Shown here: positions 9,420 to 18,822 of the stretch, piece by piece
Numbering within the stretch: the stretch's first letter is position 1
Layout: each line of letters begins with the position of its first letter
Assembly: GCA_001768515.1 (NCBI GenBank)
Contig: MEOA01000010.1
Span: 140,490-204,489 of the forward strand
Direction: 5' to 3'
Source of the DNA: Bacteroidetes bacterium GWE2_42_24
Lineage (GTDB): Bacteria > Bacteroidota > Bacteroidia > Bacteroidales > TTA-H9
Length of the DNA stretch: 64,000 bases
Position numbers and translations under genes: made by a program
The notes under the pieces: generated by a model
Databases searched by the model: none
What the model was told of the DNA's origin: nothing
The model's input: the letters and a program-made list of their open reading frames with translations, nothing else

Positions 9420-9444
9420 TCTCAGGCAACATATCATAAAAAAA

Positions 9445-9471
9445 GAGTGGATTTCTCCACTCTTTTTTTTT
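9445..9471 (+). terminator. Intrinsic terminator after nifJ
   Basis: Stem gagtgga (9445-9451) pairs with tccactc (9456-9462) over a 4-nt loop, followed by a T-run at 9463-9471. Confidence 0.75.
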
Positions 9472-9499
9472 ACCATCAACAGTCCCATGCTGATTATCG

Positions 9500-9507
9500 T
9501 ATCTTTG
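9500..9507 (+). promoter_or_regulatory. -7 box TAtcTTTG for the sensor kinase
   Basis: Exact TAnnTTTG match 30 nt upstream of ATG 9537. It lies inside the ORF-track N-terminal extension. Confidence 0.5.
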
Positions 9508-9536
9508 TTAAGGATAAACCTCAAGAAGCTATAGTG

Positions 9537-12500
9537 ATGGATGGACAATTTGTTTTGGGGCTCTTACAGAATATAGCACTCCTGGTGGCCTCCGGAGTCG
9601 TTTTTGACTATTACTGGAAAAAGGGGGAGAGCAACCTGAGCTGGGTCAAGCAAATACAAATTGGCCTGCTATTGAGCATTATAGGTATCATCCTAATGCT
9701 TACCCCCTGGAAACTTGGCGAAGGTCTCGTGTTTGACGGCAGGTCAATTCTGTTGTCCGTATCGGGTCTTTTTTTCGGATTGATACCAACCTGTGTCATT
9801 ATGCTGGTGACTGCCCTCTATCGCCTCTCGATGGGGGGTGACGGTTCATTAATGGGTGTCATGGTCATCTTGACTGCCGGCACCATTGGTATCCTCTGGG
9901 GAAAGTACCGGCCTCACTGGCAGGAGCCGGGAAGGAGGTACATAGAGCTGATCTTCATGGGGTTTATTGTACATATAGCCATGCTGGGTTGCACTGCGTT
10001 TGTTCCGGAACATGTCAGGTATACAACTTTCAGAACAATACTCCTGCCCACACTTCTCATCTATCCGCTGGGTTCCTTTCTTTTTGGCTTCTTTATGTTA
10101 CACCGGTTACAGCATTGGAAAACCAAAGACATAATTAAGGCTAGTGAGGAAAGATTCAGGTCGTTTTATGAAAACGCCCCTATTGCATATCACTCGCTGG
10201 ATATCAACGGAATTATTATTGAAGTAAATCAATCGTGGCTGGATATGCTGGGCTATTCACGGGAAGAGATGATGGGGCATTGGATTGGTGATTTCTTACC
10301 AATCAAACAGCAATCAGGCTGGAATGACATTTTCAATAAATTGCTGGTAAAAGGAAGGGTCGACAATACTGATGTCACTTTTCTTCACAAATCGGGAACA
10401 GAGGTTATGACGGCAGCCTTTGCCAGAGTTGCCCACGATCCGAAGGGAGATTTCCTCCAGACACACTCGGTTATCTACAACATTACCGAGCGAAAGAAGG
10501 CCACCCAGAGTATTGTGAAGCTTCATGAACGACTAACACTGGCTGCCCGTGCGGCACGATTTGGGGTGTGGGATTGGGACATCAGCACCGGGCTGGTCGA
10601 ATGGGATGAAACCATGTATGATATATACGACATACAAAAGGAAGAATTTTCCGGTGATTACCGTTCCTGGCTCTCTTTTATTCATCCCCTTGATTCCAAA
10701 CTCATCAATGAGACTATCCAGCAGGCACTGAAAGGAGAAAAAGAACTTGACACCGAATTCAGAATTATTGCAAAAGACGGTACAGAAAGATTGATTCGAG
10801 CCATAGGGCAGGTCACCAATGATTCAGCCGGATATGCAGTCAGGATGACAGGAATAAATTTTGATCTCACTCAGCGCAGGCTTGATAAGGAGCGATTACG
10901 TGATGCCCTGCAACAATTGGAGGTAATCGCTGCAAATATCCCCAATGTATTATGGAAGGCTGACATTAACGACGACGGCAGGCTAACAAACACCTACATT
11001 TCGCCGGTTGTAGATGAATTTCTTAAACTAAGTCCGAATACGATCAACAATGACTGGGACATGTTTTTCAATTACATCCTACCCGAATACCTAAAGATTG
11101 TAGCCGAACAATTGAAGCGTGCAATTGATAATACCGGTCAAACATTTTCAATTGAGTATGAGGTGCAGAGAGATGATGGCTCAAAAGCCTGGTTCCTTTC
11201 GTCGGGGCGTACTCACAGAACCGGAAATACCCTCAGGTTATACGGGTTTACAACCGACATAACAGAACGAAAAAAGGCAGAACAGAAAATTGAAAAAAAT
11301 GAAAAGCTACTACGAAGTTACATAGAGGGTGCACCCGATGCAATTTTTATCACCGATTATGAAGGAAAAGACCTCCAATTCAACCAATCAGCCGTAAAAC
11401 TAACAGGTTATCATTCAAGAGAACTCAAACATATTAGCCTGAAAAAGTTGATAGACCCTGTTGGAGACAGTGTGGCCGACGTGTTTTATAAAAAAGTTAA
11501 CACCACCGGCAGCAATAACGCGGAACTCTTCGTATATTGTAAAGATGGGCGAAAAACCCCAATAATCCTGAGTGCAGTAAAAATAGATGATAACAAAATC
11601 ATAGCCTTTGCGAAAGACATTACAACTATAAAACAAACTCAGGATGAGCTCATCGAAGCCAAGGAAAAGGCTGAGGAGAGTGACAGTGTAAAATCTGCAT
11701 TTCTGGCCACCATGAGCCATGAATTACGGACACCCCTGAATGCTATTATCGGTTTCAGTTCACTGATGGAAGGAGAAGAAAATCAATCTGTCATTCTCGA
11801 AAATGCCAGAATAATTAATAGAAGCGGGGAACATCTGCTGGCCATCATCGAATCTATTTTTGAGATTGCGTTGCTTCAGTCGGGCAAATCCAAATACAAT
11901 CCAACACAATTTAAAGCGGCCGATCTCATCAGGGAACTAAACAGCATGGCCACTATAGAAAAAGTTACCAGAGGCAAAGAATTACTCCGGATTATTGCCA
12001 ATGAGGATTCAATCAATTCAAACGTCATTATTAAAACCGACCAAAGCCGGTTACGGCAACTCCTGAGCAATTTTATTAACAATGCCATCAAATACACCCC
12101 TGAAGGTTCTGTTGAGTTTGGCTTTAAACAAACAGAGGCCGCACTGACATTTTTTGTTAAAGATACAGGTATAGGTATTCCGCCCGATAAAATTGGTGTC
12201 ATTTTTGAACAATTCAGACAGGTCGACGATTCCTACACGCGCATTTATGGAGGAGTAGGGCTCGGGTTAAGTATCTGCAGTGAAATTGCCAGAATACTTG
12301 GGGGAAGCATCACACTTGAAACACAGGAGGGGAAAGGCAGTAACTTCATGTTTACGTTGCCTGATGTTGTCACTCTTAAACCGGAAGCTCATTCAGTCTC
12401 AAAAGATCAGAAAAAACCAGTTCATCGTTTTGAAGGGAAAACTATTCTGTTGGTCGATGACCTGGACGACAACCTCTACCTGCTTGATTTTATATTATCG

Positions 12501-12803
12501 GCTGCCGGAGCAAATGTTCTTAAAGCTACTAGCGGGAAGGCAGCCATCGAGATGGCAGGCACCTATAAGAACATTGATATAGTACTCATGGATATCAAGA
12601 TGCCTGAAATGGATGGTTATACTGCCACGGATGAAATACACAGGATCAGACCCGGATTACCTGTGATAGCCCAAACAGCCTTTGCGATGCCGGGTGACAG
12701 GGAGAAAGCTCTTGAGAAAGGTTGTGTAGCATACCTCCCCAAGCCTATTAAGAAAAACGAATTACTGGAACTGCTTCAACAACTCTTTTCAAAAACCGGC
12801 TGA
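9537..12803 (+). CDS. Hybrid sensor histidine kinase / response regulator (multi-TM LytS-5TMR-like sensor, PAS repeats, HisKA, HATPase, REC)
   Basis: Start moved from 9447 because the terminator and promoter box lie in that extension. Features: N-terminal hydrophobic helices, H-box SHELRTPLNAI, DTGIGIP and GGVGLGLSI G-boxes, and receiver motif DIVLMDIKMPEMDG. Confidence 0.85.
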   Translation: MDGQFVLGLLQNIALLVASGVVFDYYWKKGESNLSWVKQIQIGLLLSIIGIILMLTPWKLGEGLVFDGRSILLSVSGLFFGLIPTCVIMLVTALYRLSMGGDGSLMGVMVILTAGTIGILWGKYRPHWQEPGRRYIELIFMGFIVHIAMLGCTAFVPEHVRYTTFRTILLPTLLIYPLGSFLFGFFMLHRLQHWKTKDIIKASEERFRSFYENAPIAYHSLDINGIIIEVNQSWLDMLGYSREEMMGHWIGDFLPIKQQSGWNDIFNKLLVKGRVDNTDVTFLHKSGTEVMTAAFARVAHDPKGDFLQTHSVIYNITERKKATQSIVKLHERLTLAARAARFGVWDWDISTGLVEWDETMYDIYDIQKEEFSGDYRSWLSFIHPLDSKLINETIQQALKGEKELDTEFRIIAKDGTERLIRAIGQVTNDSAGYAVRMTGINFDLTQRRLDKERLRDALQQLEVIAANIPNVLWKADINDDGRLTNTYISPVVDEFLKLSPNTINNDWDMFFNYILPEYLKIVAEQLKRAIDNTGQTFSIEYEVQRDDGSKAWFLSSGRTHRTGNTLRLYGFTTDITERKKAEQKIEKNEKLLRSYIEGAPDAIFITDYEGKDLQFNQSAVKLTGYHSRELKHISLKKLIDPVGDSVADVFYKKVNTTGSNNAELFVYCKDGRKTPIILSAVKIDDNKIIAFAKDITTIKQTQDELIEAKEKAEESDSVKSAFLATMSHELRTPLNAIIGFSSLMEGEENQSVILENARIINRSGEHLLAIIESIFEIALLQSGKSKYNPTQFKAADLIRELNSMATIEKVTRGKELLRIIANEDSINSNVIIKTDQSRLRQLLSNFINNAIKYTPEGSVEFGFKQTEAALTFFVKDTGIGIPPDKIGVIFEQFRQVDDSYTRIYGGVGLGLSICSEIARILGGSITLETQEGKGSNFMFTLPDVVTLKPEAHSVSKDQKKPVHRFEGKTILLVDDLDDNLYLLDFILSAAGANVLKATSGKAAIEMAGTYKNIDIVLMDIKMPEMDGYTATDEIHRIRPGLPVIAQTAFAMPGDREKALEKGCVAYLPKPIKKNELLELLQQLFSKTG

Positions 12804-12841
12804 TATCTGGTTATTGTCGGTTGGCGACAGGTCGTTTCCAG

Positions 12842-14599
12842 TTAGAACATCCCTGGGATGACGTCCCTGTAACGATCGTGTACAAACCGTCGCCTTAATT
12901 TAAGAGAGGGGGAAAGTTCACCCGTATCAACACTCCAGTCGTCGGTCGTATACAACCATCGGGCAATGTTCTCCGATTCTTTTGGGCTCTGACCATACCG
13001 TTTTACATCTGCATCGAGTTGGGCTTTTACCTTCGGAAGTGATAGTAAGACAGAATTATCGGGTGGGGCTTCTATATGGTGTTCGGCACACCATTCGCGT
13101 AAATAGTCAAAATTAACAGTAATGACAGCAGCCAGATAATTCCTGTGCTCACCTACCACCATGCAATTGGCGATGAAAAACGACTGCTTCAGTTTGTTTT
13201 CAAGTGTTTCGGGATATACATATACCCCAGAGGCGACTTTAAAAATTTCCTTAATGCGTCCGGTTATCCTGAGAAAACCATCATCATCCATCTCTGCTTT
13301 ATCACCGGTATGAAGCCATCCGTTCACATCGACTGCCTGTTGTGTAAGTTCCGGCTGGCGATAGTAGCCCATCATGACACCGGGTCCTTTCACCATCAAT
13401 TCACCCTCAATCGAAATCCTGACCAATAAGTCAGCAATAGGCTTACCGATGGTTCCCGGTCTGAAATCATCCTCAGTATTGTAAGCCACGAGAGGCGAAG
13501 CTTCGGTTAATCCATATCCTTCAAACACGGGAATGCCGGCAGCCCAGAAGATTCGCAAGAGGTGAGGCTGAACCTTAGCTCCACCACAGATTATCTTCTT
13601 CATCCGTCCACCCAAAACAGCCTGCCATTTGCTGAAGACAAGACGATGGGCAATATTAAGCTGAAAATTATACCACCAGCCCATTTCTTCACCATGGCGA
13701 TACCGATTAGCCAATACCAACGACCTGTTGAAGATCAATTTTGCAGGCCAGGAAAGCTTCATCCCTTTTTTAAGTATCCCTTCATAAACCCGCTCGAGTA
13801 AAAGAGGTACCGTAACAAGAATCTGTGGCTTTACTTCATGGAAATTGGATAGTATATTATTAACACTTTCAGTATAATAGATTTTTAATCCAATATATTG
13901 AAAAACATAGTTTACCATACGCTCATAGGAATGCGACAAAGGAAGATAGCTCAGAACGGCTTCATTGGGGCGGAGCCTGATTGTAAAAGAAGCAATCAAA
14001 AAATTCGACACATGATTGGCGTGTGACAACATCACGCCTTTGGGCTCGCTGGTCGTTCCGGAAGTATAAATAATGGAAGCCATATCACTCGGTTTTACCA
14101 AAGCTTTTCTTTCCTTCAGAAGGTCAGGCCTGGAATTGTTTCGACCCAGTTCAACCAGATCATTGTATGGCTTAACATCCTGAAATTCATCGAATGAGTA
14201 GAGATGCCTGACAGAAGGCAGTTTAGGCATCAGGGCTTTAATTTTCTGTACCAGGAATTTACTGCCGGCAAAAATAATCGTTGTTTCAGATTCGGTCAGT
14301 GCCCACAACAATTCTTCATCATTGATCGTAGGATAAAGCGGAACATGAACCGCCCCCACCTGAAGCAATCCGATGTCTACAAAATTCCATTCTGGTCTGT
14401 TTGTGCTGATGGTGGCAATCCGATCACCTGGGTTGACACCAAGATAAAGAAGTCCATGACTGGTTAGATCGGCCATCTCGGCGTACTGCGACATTGACCA
14501 GGTAATCCATTTACCCCCCTTCCGACCGGCCAGTGCTACATCCAGATTAGAGCGTTCAAGAGCATAAGGTATTATATCGAAGATTCGTTCAATGTACAT
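12842..14599 (-). CDS. Long-chain acyl-CoA synthetase (AMP-forming ligase family)
   Basis: 585-aa ORF with AMP-binding signature IIYTSGTTSEPKGVMLSH and a later GYGLTE segment. Confidence 0.8.
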   Translation of the reverse strand: MYIERIFDIIPYALERSNLDVALAGRKGGKWITWSMSQYAEMADLTSHGLLYLGVNPGDRIATISTNRPEWNFVDIGLLQVGAVHVPLYPTINDEELLWALTESETTIIFAGSKFLVQKIKALMPKLPSVRHLYSFDEFQDVKPYNDLVELGRNNSRPDLLKERKALVKPSDMASIIYTSGTTSEPKGVMLSHANHVSNFLIASFTIRLRPNEAVLSYLPLSHSYERMVNYVFQYIGLKIYYTESVNNILSNFHEVKPQILVTVPLLLERVYEGILKKGMKLSWPAKLIFNRSLVLANRYRHGEEMGWWYNFQLNIAHRLVFSKWQAVLGGRMKKIICGGAKVQPHLLRIFWAAGIPVFEGYGLTEASPLVAYNTEDDFRPGTIGKPIADLLVRISIEGELMVKGPGVMMGYYRQPELTQQAVDVNGWLHTGDKAEMDDDGFLRITGRIKEIFKVASGVYVYPETLENKLKQSFFIANCMVVGEHRNYLAAVITVNFDYLREWCAEHHIEAPPDNSVLLSLPKVKAQLDADVKRYGQSPKESENIARWLYTTDDWSVDTGELSPSLKLRRRFVHDRYRDVIPGMF

Positions 14600-14619
14600 G
14601 GGCTTTTGTTTTCGGTCTG

Positions 14620-14627
14620 CAAAGCTA
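14620..14627 (-). promoter_or_regulatory. -7 box TAgcTTTG for the acyl-CoA synthetase gene
   Basis: The plus strand reads caaagcta, 21 nt upstream of the 14599 start. Confidence 0.4.
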
Positions 14628-14736
14628 ACAGAAATGTTTCATTACCTGAACTATCATAGATCACTAAAGGCCCTAAAAGAAAAATTACCGCAGGGGAACC
14701 TCAGAAAATTCAGGCTGAAAGGAGAATGAACTGTTA

Positions 14737-15183
14737 TTAACGTGCCAGTAAAAAAAGATAATATCTGCCAGCGATATCACAGGGAAGGGCTCCTGTAGGT
14801 TGATTATCTGTGTCGTATCGTGGATCATTATAAAATCTGGCGATGGAATCCATTTCCAACTGGCCGATCAGATCAGGATAATGACTGACAGCAAGGCTGT
14901 ACACCTTCCTGAACTTGCCCGCCTCTTTAATTTCCGTGACGTCACCTGAATAATCATGACTCATTACAAAACGAATACAGCTATGCTGGTTAACAATTAA
15001 TTTGACAGACTTGGTGATAAGACTTTTGATTATACCAATGTTCATCTGACGAAGTACATTTTGTTGATACTTTATACATACATCACTGCTGGTCATTACG
15101 GAAACGCAGGACGACCGCCGGAAATATTCCAGAATTTGCGATATAATTTCACCGGGAGTTGCTGTAAACAGTATAATACTCAT
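14737..15183 (-). CDS. Hypothetical protein, 148 aa, no family recognised
   Basis: ATG start. An exact TAttTTTG box at 15217-15224 (plus strand caaaaata) lies 34 nt upstream. No motif I can place. Confidence 0.5.
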   Translation of the reverse strand: MSIILFTATPGEIISQILEYFRRSSCVSVMTSSDVCIKYQQNVLRQMNIGIIKSLITKSVKLIVNQHSCIRFVMSHDYSGDVTEIKEAGKFRKVYSLAVSHYPDLIGQLEMDSIARFYNDPRYDTDNQPTGALPCDIAGRYYLFLLAR

Positions 15184-15364
15184 GATTCAACAGTTGCTAT
15201 TGAGGTAAGTCCATAACAAAAATACACAATAAAAATTCAAATGTCAAGTATTTAAACATATTAATATGATTTTATCCAAACAGATCTTATTTCCCCTTTT
15301 TAATGTCGTATATTAAACTTTTCCAGTTAAGAAGCATCATATTAACAATAAACACATAGTCACC

Positions 15365-16219
15365 ATGGGTTACGCTATAAAGAAACCAATAACCGTCTGT
15401 TGTATCTTCCTCATCCTGATGCTGATGTTTTCCTGTGCCAAAAAACCTGTTTACCAGATACGGGTTGAATCGCCTGATTATCTGACCGGTCTTTCCTATA
15501 ATCAGGATGTTCAAATCAGGTACAGGTTCACTACTGATGATCAGTATTTTTATATACGTTTTGATTCCGAGCGTCGAGACCTTGGGTTTCAACTAATGGA
15601 TAAGGGGTTAAACCTGTATATTGATACGACCCTCAGGCAACGCCCGTCATTCTCACTTTCGTATCCGTTACCTGCGACCGATGGACACAGGCCGCTACCT
15701 GAATCTATGGAAGAAAAGATGAATGGACACCGGCCTGCCATTAAAGTTACGCCCGTTGCTTTGTTGAAAGTGGGAGACATGACACACCGGTTCAACACCG
15801 ACTCTATTCCTCTGGCCGGATTGTTTTCGGTAACCGAAGAACCGAAATCAGGTCGTTTCATCTATAGGGCTGCAATCCCATGGACAAACTTTCCGGACGG
15901 AGAAGAATTTCGCAAAGGACGTCCCTTTATGGTGGGTATTGAATTGTCGAAGGCTGTAACCGGAATGGAGATGCGTAGCATGCCGGAAAGAGGGAGAGGA
16001 GGTGGAATGCCTCAGGGGGGAGAAGGTGGCGGAAGAAATCTTGGTGGAGGAGCTCCCGGAGGAATGATGCCTGGCAGCAGACCAGAAGGAAGCGAGAGCA
16101 GCGATTTTTCTCCAGATGGTCATCAGGGAATGACACCTGACAACCAGACTCAACGTAAAAAATTGCTCACTGAACCCTATACTCTATGGATTGGGGTAAC
16201 TACCAACCCGATTCTTTAA
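15365..16219 (+). CDS. Hypothetical lipoprotein with a Gly/Met/Pro-rich low-complexity C-terminal region
   Basis: Signal/lipobox-like N-terminus ...LILMLMFSCAKK, a beta-rich middle part, then RGRGGGMPQGGEGGGRNLGGGAPGGMMPGSRPEG. Confidence 0.55.
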   Translation: MGYAIKKPITVCCIFLILMLMFSCAKKPVYQIRVESPDYLTGLSYNQDVQIRYRFTTDDQYFYIRFDSERRDLGFQLMDKGLNLYIDTTLRQRPSFSLSYPLPATDGHRPLPESMEEKMNGHRPAIKVTPVALLKVGDMTHRFNTDSIPLAGLFSVTEEPKSGRFIYRAAIPWTNFPDGEEFRKGRPFMVGIELSKAVTGMEMRSMPERGRGGGMPQGGEGGGRNLGGGAPGGMMPGSRPEGSESSDFSPDGHQGMTPDNQTQRKKLLTEPYTLWIGVTTNPIL

Positions 16220-16310
16220 CCTTTTAGCAATAACAGGCACCATAAACCACGCAATCGCCATCCGCATGAGAACGGAATAAAACACAATTTACAGGGCTCA
16301 CAGGGATCGT

Positions 16311-17258
16311 TTAAAACACTGAGAACTTCACATACCGTCCGGGATTCTGTTTAAGGTCGCGCAGAAGGGCATCGAGATCAAGGGTGGCCCGATTCAGCGA
16401 ATGATAGAGCGAATCGTTTCCAAGAAGCTGACCTATGGTTCCCTGCCCCTTATTGATATTGGTCAGCATTTGATCGACTGAATTAAGCGACGAGTTAAGC
16501 CTGGAAAAGACACTACCGAGACGCAGGGCAGCCAGTGTATCAGTCATGGCCGATACATTGCCAATGGCATTGGTAATGTTATTGTTGTTGGTCTTCAGAT
16601 TGGCAGTAATTGATTCAATATTGCCCAGGATTGAAGCTAATCTTGTTCGTTGGGTTGAAACAAGCGTATCAATATTGGAGGTAGTATTTTCCAGATTTTG
16701 AAGGGTATTTTTAATACTGAGGAAAGAGTATTCGAGGTTGTTGCGCGTATTCTTATTAAAAACAGCCTGGAGGGCTGTTAGAACAGAATCAACCTGAGCC
16801 ATCATCTCCTCAGCTTTACGTTTGAGGGGCATAACCTGGGCATTAACTTCATCCTTCAGACTGCCTTCTAAGTTTGAAGAAAGTGTATCGCCTGAAACTG
16901 CTCCAACAGATGAATTTCCCAACCGTATCTCTATGGCACGTGTACCCATCAGATCGGCACTGTATAGATGAGCAATTGAATTTGCTGGAATTATAAGATC
17001 GCTTGAAACAGTAATCCTGACCATTACAAGTCCGGAATTATCAGGAACAAAACTGATTTCATTAACCATACCAACCTTCACCCCATTGATAGACACAGGA
17101 CTGGAGCTCACCAGCCCCCCTACCTGAGGATAGATGGCCACGAATTCCCTTTTTGTTGTAAACAGGTCAGAGCCTTTCAGAAAGTTAAACCCCCAGATAA
17201 ACAGAATTACTGCTGCTGCAAAGCTGATGCCGATGCGTATTTCTTTGGAAATCTTCAT
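16311..17258 (-). CDS. mlaD: MlaD/Mce-family protein (outer-membrane lipid asymmetry system component)
   Basis: The ORF-track start 17300 is a TTG; ATG 17258 gives MKISKEIRIGISFAAAVILFIWGF (TM helix) followed by an Mce-like domain. A TAccTTTG box sits at 17298-17305. Confidence 0.7.
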   Translation of the reverse strand: MKISKEIRIGISFAAAVILFIWGFNFLKGSDLFTTKREFVAIYPQVGGLVSSSPVSINGVKVGMVNEISFVPDNSGLVMVRITVSSDLIIPANSIAHLYSADLMGTRAIEIRLGNSSVGAVSGDTLSSNLEGSLKDEVNAQVMPLKRKAEEMMAQVDSVLTALQAVFNKNTRNNLEYSFLSIKNTLQNLENTTSNIDTLVSTQRTRLASILGNIESITANLKTNNNNITNAIGNVSAMTDTLAALRLGSVFSRLNSSLNSVDQMLTNINKGQGTIGQLLGNDSLYHSLNRATLDLDALLRDLKQNPGRYVKFSVF

Positions 17259-17297
17259 GGTAATAATAATTATGTCAACAACCGTGTGACCGTTACG

Positions 17298-17305
17298 CAA
17301 AGGTA
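17298..17305 (-). promoter_or_regulatory. -7 box TAccTTTG for mlaD
   Basis: The plus strand reads caaaggta, 40 nt upstream of ATG 17258 and overlapping the ORF-track TTG start codon at 17298-17300. Confidence 0.45.
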
Positions 17306-17342
17306 ATTCAAAAATGCTCAGCCTGACAATGATCCTGCACTG

Positions 17343-18617
17343 TTATTGCCCTTCAGTCTGCCGGACTGCATCGATCAACACTTGGGCCTGCTCATTAGTG
17401 ATTCGCCGGTCCTGATACAACACGACGACAAAAGAGTCTGACAATCCTTTACGTTTCAATATTATACAATATTTTTCAGCTTCTTCTCTCGTTCCGAAAG
17501 CACCGCTTGTATACTTAAACATTCCTCCATGTTTGTAACTGTACATATGTGTCAGTTCCCTGAAACGGGAATCCGTATAATCGAGCGCAGAAGGAGATGC
17601 CAGAACCTGAACCCTGTATACCAGATCGGGTACCACTTGCTTTGATTGACCGACAAGCTCAGAATCAACATCTTTTCGGTTGCCTGATTCTGTATAACCA
17701 GTCACGGGCGGATTAACACCCATTGTATCCCGGATTGCATTCGATTCGAAAGAAGATGCAGTAGATACCAAACCAACACTCTCATCATTTGTTTCTATAG
17801 CCTGAACTGGCATGGGATCAATTCCGGTAATTGAATTTTTCTCCACATTGGCCTTGTATTGTTTAAAAGCCTTGAAAATTGTGGCTGCTACTTCTACTTG
17901 ACCTGCCGGGCTTCTCAGGTATTTCTCTTCCGCCAGATTGCTGATAAATCCGGTTTCTACCAATATTCCTGGCATAGCAGTCCTGTAGAGAACCCAAAAC
18001 CCGGCTTCTTTTACCCCTCTGTCGAATCGGGCAGTACGTACCCTGAACTGATCCTGAACAAGGGTGGCAAGATTGAGACTAAACTCTCTGTAGCTATTCT
18101 GATACAGCGAAAAGATTATATGTGATTCGGGAGAGCGGGGATCATATCCTTCGTATCTGCTGCTATAGTTATCTTCAAGTAAGATGGCAGCATTCTCCTG
18201 TTTAGCTACCTCAAGGTTTGCGGCACTCTTATGAATACCCATCACAAATGTTTCCGCACCATAAGGATTCTTCGATTTACTCGAGTTACAATGGATGCTG
18301 ATAAACAAATCTGCATGAGCTTCGTTAGCAATACTCGCGCGACGGTCAAGTTCAATAAACTCATCGGTCTTGCGCGTCATAATTACAGATACGTCAGGAA
18401 AATTGTCGGTGATGTATTTTGCTGTCTTCAGGGCAATGGCGAGGGCAATGTCCTTTTCGCGTGATGAAGACCCTATGGCTCCGGGGTCTTTACCGCCATG
18501 ACCAGGGTCCAAAACAACCCGTCGTACTCTTCCATCCTTCATCTGGGCAGCGACTGGCCAATTAACCAAAGTCACAAGCATCAACAGAATACATGTATTT
18601 ACAAGATACCTTTTCAC
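17343..18617 (-). CDS. N-acetylmuramoyl-L-alanine amidase with C-terminal SPOR-like domain
   Basis: GTG start and signal peptide. Amidase_3-type motif VVLDPGHGGKDPGA. The C-terminal YRVQVLAS...GAFGTREEAEKY segment looks like a SPOR domain. Confidence 0.8.
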   Translation of the reverse strand: MKRYLVNTCILLMLVTLVNWPVAAQMKDGRVRRVVLDPGHGGKDPGAIGSSSREKDIALAIALKTAKYITDNFPDVSVIMTRKTDEFIELDRRASIANEAHADLFISIHCNSSKSKNPYGAETFVMGIHKSAANLEVAKQENAAILLEDNYSSRYEGYDPRSPESHIIFSLYQNSYREFSLNLATLVQDQFRVRTARFDRGVKEAGFWVLYRTAMPGILVETGFISNLAEEKYLRSPAGQVEVAATIFKAFKQYKANVEKNSITGIDPMPVQAIETNDESVGLVSTASSFESNAIRDTMGVNPPVTGYTESGNRKDVDSELVGQSKQVVPDLVYRVQVLASPSALDYTDSRFRELTHMYSYKHGGMFKYTSGAFGTREEAEKYCIILKRKGLSDSFVVVLYQDRRITNEQAQVLIDAVRQTEGQ

Positions 18618-18822
18618 CCTCGGGATTTATTTGTTAGTTTTGTCTCCCTGAAAAGCACCGACATCGGGATGAATTCAGGGTTTGACAATGAATCATTTAT
18701 TTGATGATTGGTCTGCTTTTAATTCTTAAACGGCAATCAAAGATACATATTGCCGTTGATTGTATTGCGACTGCTTCGTTTCTTTTTTCGATAAAATACC
18801 GTCGATTAATGCTATCTGCTTA

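Noticed and set aside
9447-9536. N-terminal 30 codons of the sensor-kinase ORF (MDFSTLFFYHQQSH...)
   Set aside because: This stretch is the nifJ terminator hairpin and T-run plus the kinase promoter box. The protein start is at 9537.
15950-16110. Repetitive GGN-rich DNA suggesting a tandem repeat or array
   Set aside because: It is in-frame low-complexity coding sequence (the Gly/Met/Pro-rich tail of the lipoprotein), not a regular DNA repeat or CRISPR-like array.
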